The notes under the pieces: model-generated
Databases searched by the model: none
Seen by the model: only the letters and a program-made list of their open reading frames with translations
Told to the model about the DNA's origin: nothing
Source of the DNA: a bacterium
GTDB taxonomy: Bacteria; Eisenbacteria; RBG-16-71-46
DNA length: 19,862 nucleotides
Assembly (NCBI GenBank): GCA_043779265.1
Contig: JAYWEM010000122.1
Span: 1-19,862, forward strand
Direction: 5' to 3'
Translations under genes and position numbers: made by a program
Part shown: positions 1 through 9,115 of the stretch, in pieces
How the letters are laid out: each line of letters starts with the position of its first letter
How positions within the stretch are numbered: position 1 is the first letter of the stretch

Positions 1-1085
1 CGCGCAAGTGCCTCCGCCTCGAGCCGTGCCCGCTGAGCGGACTCCGACATGCATCCCGCATCCGCGATCCAGAGGAGCGACTGCTCCTGCTGGGAGCGAT
101 AACCCGACGCCGCGTGCAGCGCCGGACTCAATTGCTCCGCCATGGTCTCGACGGCCTCGAGCGTCGAGGTGTCCCAATCGCCACCATCCAGTCGATCATC
201 CGTGAGCAGGGCGCCATGGGATCCGGACCGATTGCGCATCGGAAGCAGCAAGCTGAAGCCGGCCGCGAGAAACGGCGCGAATGCCGAATCGAGGTCGCGG
301 AATCGCGTGCGCTCGCCGAGGCGGACCGGGCGTCCATGGCTCGCAAGCCAACGCGCCGCCGCCGAGTCGGGCGCCAACGCCAGGCCCTCGAAGCGGTCGA
401 GCGTCGTGCCACGGGCTCGCAGGATCCGCCACGTGGGATCCTCCGCGGCCGGTCCGAGCTGCGCCACCATACGGCAGTCCAGGCGCAGCTGCACTGCCTG
501 CAGGCCACGATCGACGACCGCATCCGGATCGAGAAGTCCCTGGAGTTCGCGACCGAGGCCCTCGATCAACTTCCGGCGCTCATGTTCGCGAGCCAGACCA
601 TCATGCGCTCGCCGCGAGTCGGCCTTGGAGCGATGGAGTTCACGCTCCAGCTCGTCCGCACGGCTGCGCTGAGTGCGCGCCTCACCCGCACGCACCAGCA
701 GGCGCTGCAGCCTCGCCACCAGCTCCTTCGGTGAGAACGGCTTGCCGATCACGTCGTCGGCGCCTCGCGCCAGGCCATCGAGCCGCACATCGGTGTCGGC
801 GAGGCTCGCCATCAACACGATCGGGACATGCGGATCGTCCGGGTCATGACGGAGGAACTCGCAGACCTCGAGGCCGTTGCGCCGCGGCAGACGCGTCTCC
901 AGCACGAGCGCGTCGGGTCGCTGTGCGATCGCCTGGCGGACGGCGTCATCGCCATCGGTTGCCGTGAGCACGCGGAAGTGCGCCTGCATCAACGCCAGCC
1001 GTATCAGCTCCACGACCCGGGCATCCTCATCGGCGACCAGCACCAGCGGCCGCGGATCACTCGTATCTCGTGGGATCGCTCGCAT
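1..1085 (-). CDS. Response-regulator-like protein: N-terminal atypical REC domain, coiled coil, GAF-like domain; 3' end lies beyond the left edge (partial)
   Basis: Not in the ORF track; hand-translated from ATG at 1085-1083 with no stop to position 1. Sequence begins MRAIPRDTSDPRPLVLVADEDARVVELIRLAL...RPDALVLETRLPRRNGLEVCEFLR...PIVLMAS...GADDVIGKPFSPKELVARL (receiver fold). It continues with an E/R-rich helix, then LGRELQGLLDPDAVVDRGL...LLLPMRNRSGSHGALLTDDR...TLEAVETMAEQLSPALH (GAF-like). It starts 6 nt after the upstream stop, with GAGGAG upstream. Confidence 0.88.
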   Translation of the reverse strand, partial: MRAIPRDTSDPRPLVLVADEDARVVELIRLALMQAHFRVLTATDGDDAVRQAIAQRPDALVLETRLPRRNGLEVCEFLRHDPDDPHVPIVLMASLADTDVRLDGLARGADDVIGKPFSPKELVARLQRLLVRAGEARTQRSRADELERELHRSKADSRRAHDGLAREHERRKLIEGLGRELQGLLDPDAVVDRGLQAVQLRLDCRMVAQLGPAAEDPTWRILRARGTTLDRFEGLALAPDSAAARWLASHGRPVRLGERTRFRDLDSAFAPFLAAGFSLLLPMRNRSGSHGALLTDDRLDGGDWDTSTLEAVETMAEQLSPALHAASGYRSQQEQSLLWIADAGCMSESAQRARLEAEALA

Positions 1086-1091
1086 CGGGGA

Positions 1092-2918
1092 TCAGCTCTC
1101 CTCGTCACGGGGCAGACGGCTCAACAGATCATCCAGGGACTCGCTCTCGAAAGGCTTGCGCAGGACGTAGGGCATCGCCGCATCCCCGGCCGCTCGCTCG
1201 TCGTCGCGGTCGCGCGTCAACACGACGACGGAGAATGGCAACGGGCTCGACTGCTGCAACTGCACGACCTGCCGCAGCCACATCTCGGGCGCGATGCCCG
1301 GAAGCGCGAGGTCGGCGAAGACGACGGACCACGGCCCGAGCGCCAGCATCTGCAGCCCGTCCACCGAGTCGGCTGCCGACTCGACCTGGAAGCCGCGCCG
1401 CTCGAGCAGCCGGCCAAGGAACAATCGTGCGACCAGCGAATCATCGATGACCAGCGCACGCGGCGCCTCGTGCCAGGTCGGGCGATACTCGGCGTTCTCC
1501 ACTTCACTCGAAAGCTCGAGCGGCTGCTCCGGCGCCTCGGATGCGGCGCCGAGCACGGTGGTGATCGCCTGGACGCTCCTCGGCGGAGCCGGGCTGGGAG
1601 TCGAGGGTGCCGTCGTGGCGTCGGAAGCGGCGAGCGGCGCGGATTCGTCCGCTGCGCGCACTCGCACTCGACGCTCGAGCGGCGGCGGCTCGTGCGGCTG
1701 GACGTCGTCCCGAGATGGCCGCCGCGGCGAGGACAGTGGTGTGGCGTGCGCCGAGGTCAGCAGCGTCGGCTGCATCGGAGAGGCGAGCACGGGCGCGGCG
1801 ATCGACTCGGGCGCCAGCGGCTCGAAGGCCGCGGGCTCCGGCAACGGTGCATCGGCGGAGAGTTCGGGAAGCGAATGCCCCTTCGGTCGCCATGAGGACT
1901 CGGGCGTTTCGGCTGCTGCCACGCGGCGGAGCAACCACGCCGGCTCCGCGACCCAGTAGCGGTCGCCCTCCTCCACGTCGATCGATCGCTCGAGGCCGGG
2001 CATGGGGCTGGCGCGATCGGGCTCGGAGGGTTCCGCGACGATCCGCCACACGATCCGCTCGACCACACACCATGCACGGCGAAGGCCATGCACGATGAGC
2101 GCGCACGGGCGCTCACCATGCAGTTCCGCAGCCGGGGCGAGCGGCGCGAGGACGGGTTCCCGCAACGCAGCGCGCGCCTCGACACTGAACATGCGCAGCC
2201 TCGCGACCGCGCTCCAGGGCAATGCGAGCGCGAGGTGTCCTTGCCGAACGAGCAGGAACGAAGGGCGTTCGACCAGCAACGGCACGCGCATCTGCCAGCG
2301 ACCATCCTCGCCCTGCAGCAGCGCCCCGTCGGCCGCCGACAGCGTCGCGCCGGCGAGGGCCAGCCTCTCGGGACGCGCTTCGGGTAGCACGAGCGCGATG
2401 CTGGTGTCGTGGATATGCAGTTCGGGGCGGGCATCCGGTTCGAGCAGCCAGTCGAGTGCAGCCCGCATCGCTCCTGCCGCGACGGGCGCGAAGCGCAGTC
2501 GTTCGAGCGCGCGCAGGGAATCCGGCACGACGTCGGCGAGCACATCGGCCGCCGAGAGCGCCGCCGCGGTCGGCGAGGTCGCACTCGGCGTCGTCCAGTC
2601 GAGCCCGGCGAGCGTCTCGGCGAGCGCTCCCAACTGGCCATCGGCGTCGGTGAACGGTACGAGGGAGCCTTCGCGTTCGGCCGTCTCCGCGAGCCGGACG
2701 ATGCGCGAGATCACGTGCGCCGCTTCGCGCGGCGCGGTTCCATGGTGTCGCAGCCCTTCGGCGAGCGCCGCATCGAGCCCGGGAAGATGGAGCACCTGTG
2801 CCACGTCGCGCGCCGCCTGGCGCATCTCGGCGTCGGCACCCGGTTCGAGCGCCGGGCGCAGCGCACGCAGGAACCCGGCCACGATGGCGGGACCGGACGA
2901 TGAGTGGGCGTGCGTCAC
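1092..2918 (-). CDS. Degenerate CheA/ChpA-like hybrid protein (Hpt-like, vestigial HATPase, CheW-like P5, Pro/Ala/Ser linker, C-terminal receiver)
   Basis: CheW/P5-like segment FLLVRQGHLALALPWSAVARL...CALIVHGLRRAWCVVERIV...PGLERSIDVEEGDRYWVAEPAWLL. C-terminal REC has RALVIDDSLVAR...FADLALPG...VVVLT...LRKPF. GTG start overlaps the MCP stop (GTGA) and GAGGAG lies upstream. No recognisable N/G1/G2 ATP-binding boxes. Confidence 0.8.
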   Translation of the reverse strand: MTHAHSSSGPAIVAGFLRALRPALEPGADAEMRQAARDVAQVLHLPGLDAALAEGLRHHGTAPREAAHVISRIVRLAETAEREGSLVPFTDADGQLGALAETLAGLDWTTPSATSPTAAALSAADVLADVVPDSLRALERLRFAPVAAGAMRAALDWLLEPDARPELHIHDTSIALVLPEARPERLALAGATLSAADGALLQGEDGRWQMRVPLLVERPSFLLVRQGHLALALPWSAVARLRMFSVEARAALREPVLAPLAPAAELHGERPCALIVHGLRRAWCVVERIVWRIVAEPSEPDRASPMPGLERSIDVEEGDRYWVAEPAWLLRRVAAAETPESSWRPKGHSLPELSADAPLPEPAAFEPLAPESIAAPVLASPMQPTLLTSAHATPLSSPRRPSRDDVQPHEPPPLERRVRVRAADESAPLAASDATTAPSTPSPAPPRSVQAITTVLGAASEAPEQPLELSSEVENAEYRPTWHEAPRALVIDDSLVARLFLGRLLERRGFQVESAADSVDGLQMLALGPWSVVFADLALPGIAPEMWLRQVVQLQQSSPLPFSVVVLTRDRDDERAAGDAAMPYVLRKPFESESLDDLLSRLPRDEES

Positions 2919-4450
2919 GAGCGCTCCTCGGGACGGGCTCGCTCGCGACCCCGAGCGACATCCGCCCCATCGGCGGCCTCCGACTCACGGGTGGCCTCCA
3001 GCAATCGCAGCGCCTTGCTGCGCGGGTCGGTCGGCGGCGGCGGAGTCGCAGCCACCGGCGATAGACGCACATGCAGGGCCTCGGCCTCGGCCGATTCGGC
3101 TTCGAGTCGGCGAGCGAGCCGCTCGACTGCGCGCGAGCTGCGCTCGCCGGCAGCCGAGAGTCGCTCACCCTTCTGCGCCGCATCCTGCACCATCTCACGC
3201 ACTCGCTCGAGCAGTCGCTGAGCATCATCCATCGCGCGCGCATCGGGCGCGGGCTGTGCGGTCGCGCCCTCGAGCCGCGCGAGTGCACGCGCTCGCGCAT
3301 CGCGCATGCGATCGGTGGCCTCGCCGACCGCCACTTCGATGTCCGCAGCATCCTGACTCGCCCGGTCGGTGATCGTTCTCACGTCCGCAGCGAGTTGTTT
3401 GAGATCGGTCGCGACGTCATCGCCCGCACCGGTCCGCGCGCCCGAGGTGAGCACCTGGATGGCGATCAGCGTCGATCGATTCGCGAGCGCGTGCACCTGC
3501 TCGGCGACATCCTTCGAGCCGAGCAGCGCGCGGCCCAGCGACTCGACACTGCTGTGTGATGCCTCGACCAGGTCTTGCAGCACGACCCGCGCCTGGCTCT
3601 CCTCACGCGGAGCGCCACTGGAGCCGGCGACCACGGCGAGCGCGTTGTGCAGCTCGATCGAGAGGCGCTGCAACTCACGCACCGTGGTCAGCATCGCGGT
3701 CGCCTCGACGAAGCCGCGCTCGGCCTGCTCGGCGCTCTCCTGCGCCTCGCTCAGTGACGCTGCGAGTTCGGCGGCCACCTGCCTCGCCGCCTCACGATTC
3801 TGCTCCTCGAGCGCCTCGCGTCGTGCCAGGCCGTGGCTCAGCGCATCGGCGAGCGCGCCCACCTCTCCCGACATCGGTTCGATCGCGGGCACCCTCTCGT
3901 CACGCTCCCACGCGAGGACCGCGCTGTGCAGCGTCGCGAGCTGCGCCCGCAGCGTCGCCAGTTCGTCGCCCGAGCGAGTCTGCGTCCGCTGCCGCGACAG
4001 CAGGCCCTGGACCTGGTCGCCCAGTTCGGACAGTTCGCCCCAGCCGGAGGCCGCCGGCACGCCGCGCAGTTCGGCGACGCGACCCGTCCGGATCCCGGCG
4101 AGCAGCGCCCGCAGGTGACCGATCACATGGTGGTCGAGCCAGAGCGCCAGTGCCGCGCCGACGATGACCGAGAGGAAGGCGACGCCCGAGAGCCACGCGA
4201 GCAGCGTCGCCAGTTCGGGATGGCGCGAGGCATCGACGCGCGTTCCGAGCACCCACAGAGTTCCGAGCCCCGTGACGGCGCCGCTCGAGAGCGCCACGAA
4301 CCACAGCCGCAGCCGCAGCCCGAGCCGCGAATCGGTGGCTTCGGAGCGTGGTCTCGCGGTCGGCGGCGGAAGCAGGGTCGGGTCCAAGGAGTCCTCGTCA
4401 AGGCGTGAGATGTCCGGAGGGGACACTCCCTCCAAGTAGGCATCACGCAA
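2915..4450 (-). CDS. Methyl-accepting chemotaxis protein-like membrane receptor with a divergent signalling tip
   Basis: Two hydrophobic helices (LWFVALSSGAVTGLGTLWVLG; LLAWLSGVAFLSVIVGAALALWL) with a very short loop between them. These are followed by a HAMP-like segment (HVIGHLRALLAGIRTG...GELSELGDQVQGLL) and a long helical hairpin whose tip VAEQVHALANRSTLIAIQVLTSGARTG...LKQLAADVRTITDRA aligns to the MCP motif. The start is uncertain (TTG at 4450 or GTG at 4426). Confidence 0.78.
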   Translation of the reverse strand: MRDAYLEGVSPPDISRLDEDSLDPTLLPPPTARPRSEATDSRLGLRLRLWFVALSSGAVTGLGTLWVLGTRVDASRHPELATLLAWLSGVAFLSVIVGAALALWLDHHVIGHLRALLAGIRTGRVAELRGVPAASGWGELSELGDQVQGLLSRQRTQTRSGDELATLRAQLATLHSAVLAWERDERVPAIEPMSGEVGALADALSHGLARREALEEQNREAARQVAAELAASLSEAQESAEQAERGFVEATAMLTTVRELQRLSIELHNALAVVAGSSGAPREESQARVVLQDLVEASHSSVESLGRALLGSKDVAEQVHALANRSTLIAIQVLTSGARTGAGDDVATDLKQLAADVRTITDRASQDAADIEVAVGEATDRMRDARARALARLEGATAQPAPDARAMDDAQRLLERVREMVQDAAQKGERLSAAGERSSRAVERLARRLEAESAEAEALHVRLSPVAATPPPPTDPRSKALRLLEATRESEAADGADVARGRERARPEERS

Positions 4451-4823
4451 TCCACGTGCCCCGACTCGGGGTCATGCGACGCCAAGGCAGGACGACGAGA
4501 AAGCGCACCGCCTGGAGCCCATTCGTGCGCTGCCGTGCAGGGCGCACGAACCGACAAACCCATGCGGCGCGCGCCTCTCGCGCCACTCTCCCTACCAGAT
4601 GCGCGCGCCGCCGCGAAAGGGAATTGCGAACTGCCGGAATCGCGCCTCTCGAAGCGGTGAACGCCGAGGCCTCCGCGCGGGCCACGGATCTGGGTGAGAT
4701 GCCCCGGCCTTGGGGTCGGGAGACACCAAGTGACGCCCTCGGCAGCGCTTCGCCCGCGCGCCCACTCGAGCCAGAACGTTGTGCCAGTGGATTCTGCGCG
4801 CCCGCGGGGCATCAACTCCTTCG

Positions 4824-4839
4824 TGGCACAACCGATGCT
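4824..4839 (+). promoter_or_regulatory. Putative sigma-54 (RpoN) -24/-12 promoter for the gene at 4922
   Basis: TGGCAC-AACCG-ATGCT. GG (4825-4826) and GC (4837-4838) are separated by exactly 10 nt, with one mismatch to TGGCAC-N5-TTGCW. It is intergenic and about 80 nt upstream of the ATG. Confidence 0.7.
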
Positions 4840-4921
4840 CGGATGAACAGGTGGAGAAGGCTGGACACGCGGGCAGCCCCGAGGCCCAGCGCCACTCAGA
4901 CGATTCCCGACGAGGCACGAG

Positions 4922-5686
4922 ATGGACCCGCGCAGCTACATCGATCTGAAGGACGACAGCCGCGACCTGCAGCCGACGTACTACTTCATGATCAACTGCC
5001 TCCTCTACAGCCGCATGGAGACCGGGCTCGTCTCGAATCAGGATTGCTACGACGAGGACGTCAACGTCTACCTGGCCCATCTGCTGCATTCGTTCATCAA
5101 TCCCGAGTACGTGGACCAGTCGCGCAAGTTCCTCTCCAAGTACGACACCGACGTCTTCCGCCGCCTGTCCGGCTCGACCGACGCGCGGCTCAAGTACCAG
5201 ATCTACAAGACCAACGCCGACTTCCTGCTGGTCTCGATCGGCATCTTCGACTCGCCCCATCTGGCGGGGGGTACGCGTGCGCGCGTCCAGCCGAGCGAGG
5301 AGGCGTACATCGGCCGCGGCAAGACCTACTACCACTTCGCCTACACCTACGCGCAGCAGATGCACCGTCGCAATGCGGGCGTGTCCGAAGTGCTCGAGAA
5401 GCTCTCGACCGGCTTCGAGAAATATCTGCGCATCCTGTCGCACATGCGCGGCGAGTATCTCGACCTGATGAAGCGGTTCTCGCACGGCGAGGTCTATCAT
5501 CTCGAACGCAGTGTCGATGAGCATTCACAGAAGGAACGCCTGCGCGTGAAGCAGGATGAACTCCTCGAGCTGTACTCGACGTGGCGTTCGGCGCCGACCT
5601 CCGCGGTCGAGGAGGATCTCGCGCGCGTGGTCGGCGAGATCAAGCAGATCAACCCCTCGTTCCGCTTCGAGCTGCCGAGGGTCTGA
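4922..5686 (+). CDS. Hypothetical cytoplasmic alpha-helical protein (254 aa)
   Basis: Strong GC3 bias and a natural Tyr/Phe/Lys/Asp-rich composition, unlike the shadow ORFs. GAGG lies upstream of the ATG. Motifs DEDVNVYLAHLL, ADFLLVSIGIF, YIGRGKTYY and LEKLSTGFEKYLRIL recall an uncharacterised family; I cannot assign a function. Confidence 0.9.
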   Translation: MDPRSYIDLKDDSRDLQPTYYFMINCLLYSRMETGLVSNQDCYDEDVNVYLAHLLHSFINPEYVDQSRKFLSKYDTDVFRRLSGSTDARLKYQIYKTNADFLLVSIGIFDSPHLAGGTRARVQPSEEAYIGRGKTYYHFAYTYAQQMHRRNAGVSEVLEKLSTGFEKYLRILSHMRGEYLDLMKRFSHGEVYHLERSVDEHSQKERLRVKQDELLELYSTWRSAPTSAVEEDLARVVGEIKQINPSFRFELPRV

Positions 5687-5701
5687 GCGCCTGGTCCGCC
5701 C

Positions 5702-6253
5702 TCAGGCGAGGATCTCGAACTCCGCCTCGCTCCAGTGCAGTGGCCGATCGAACGTGCGCGTCGGCTGCTCGGAATCCGCTGCCAACTTCATCCAGTCCCC
5801 CGGCACCGCCCACACGACGTCGACCTCATCGGTTCCCGGATCGAGCATGGCGCCGTAGACCGGGTGGCCCCAGTGGCGTGACGCCAACCCCGGCGCGGTG
5901 TGCGTGCGCAGACACGATAACCATCGGCGTGTTCGATCGCGCAGTTCCTCGGGGGAGTCGTAGTAGTCGTAGGCCACGATCAGCGCGCGCTCGGATTGGA
6001 AAGCCCACAGCGAGAAGCGTGGCCGCCCGAAGTAGCGCAGCTCGCCGCCCTCGATCGACTCGATGAACGCCATGCGCGGCAGCACGTCGGCGCACAACCG
6101 ATCGTAGAACTCGCGCGTCCACCTCGTGGAGAGTGCATCGCCGTCCGAGACACCGTCGTGCGGCGTGAGTCCGGCGTAGAGCCGCCGACGCAGTGCCTGG
6201 TGGATCGCGACGCGGAGCGCCGGGTTGCCGCGGTACACACCCAATGGACGCAT
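5702..6253 (-). CDS. Hypothetical protein (183 aa), downstream of guaB
   Basis: ATG at 6253-6251 has AGGAGG 5 nt upstream, a better start than the track's GTG at 6283. The composition is globular and aromatic-rich, and the ORF fills the gap between guaB and the convergent gene. Confidence 0.8.
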   Translation of the reverse strand: MRPLGVYRGNPALRVAIHQALRRRLYAGLTPHDGVSDGDALSTRWTREFYDRLCADVLPRMAFIESIEGGELRYFGRPRFSLWAFQSERALIVAYDYYDSPEELRDRTRRWLSCLRTHTAPGLASRHWGHPVYGAMLDPGTDEVDVVWAVPGDWMKLAADSEQPTRTFDRPLHWSEAEFEILA

Positions 6254-6311
6254 GCTCGCCTCCTCTCGGGAAGGGGGAGTCACGGACGACGCGAGGGGTG
6301 GAGCGAGGTGC

Positions 6312-8604
<2,293 letters not shown>

Positions 8605-8642
8605 TCCGTGTGAGATAGGTGACCCGGTCGGTCAGGCGCGGG

Positions 8643-8672
8643 AATATAGGGAGGCGCTTTCGGGAGTGTCAA
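8643..8672 (-). promoter_or_regulatory. Sigma-70-type promoter for the OMP-guaB unit
   Basis: Minus strand reads TTGACA (8672-8667), 18-nt spacer, TATATT (8648-8643). It lies about 40 nt upstream of the ATG at 8604. Confidence 0.75.
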
Positions 8673-8820
8673 GGATTGCGGCCCCGAATGACAGTCGACA
8701 CTGCGCGCGGCAGCGTCGATCCGCTGACGTGGACGTCGTCCGACCTACCCGCTCGAGGGACGCAACTTCTCACAGGATCGGCTGCAGGCTCGGGACTCGC
8801 TCTTGCAGCTCTCGCGAGCG

Positions 8821-8956
8821 GGCGGTTCCCGGGCTCGGGATCCTCGCAGGACTCACTGCCACACCCCTCCCACTCCCCGCCCACCGCAGCACCTGATTCG
8901 TCTGCAAACCTCCGGGTCGGCCGCCAACCGACCCCCATCCCGGCCCGGGAACCGTC
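8821..8956. repeat. Long inverted repeat enclosing a 95-nt insert; candidate structured RNA or DNA element
   Basis: GGCGGTTCCCGGGCTCGGGAT (8821-8841) pairs with ATCCCGGCCCGGGAACCGTC (8937-8956): 20 bp with one bulge and one G-T pair on the plus strand. An internal hairpin GGGTCGG/CCGACCC lies at 8914-8934. Confidence 0.6.
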
Positions 8957-9010
8957 TCACGTGCGCCAACCCCTTGTGCTGCCGAGCCTAAGCGCAAGCT
9001 TCGCCTTCCT

Positions 9011-9040
9011 TTGACACTCGTGCGAGCGGGGTCCTAGACT
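9011..9040 (+). promoter_or_regulatory. Sigma-70-type promoter for secDF
   Basis: TTGACA (9011-9016), 18-nt spacer, TAGACT (9035-9040); about 75 nt upstream of the secD ATG. Confidence 0.75.
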
Positions 9041-9115
9041 CCCGCGCTCATTCTCGCGACTCCACGCCGGGCTGCCTCCACGGCCGCCCGGCGATCGACT
9101 GTGATGGGAGAGCAC

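Noticed and set aside
4348..4921. ORFs crossing the MCP/hypothetical intergenic region (4348-5520 +, 4443-4685 -, 4123-4815 -)
   Set aside because: Arg/Pro/Ala-rich with no domain signal, and overlapping better-supported genes or the sigma-54 site.
8765..8860. Minus-strand resemblance to the c-di-AMP (ydaO) riboswitch: GAGTCC...GGGAACC...CCCGAGCCTGCAGCCGATCCTGTGAG
   Set aside because: The central GGGGUGAAUC/GUAGGG elements are missing, the expected P2 pairing does not form, and the segment lies upstream of the OMP promoter rather than in its 5' UTR. A cmscan run would settle it.
8619..9014. Short ORFs in the OMP-secD spacer (8619-9014 +, 8669-8938 -, 8770-8997 -, 8803-8991 +)
   Set aside because: No codon bias or convincing Shine-Dalgarno, P/R/S/G-rich composition, and some overlap promoter elements.
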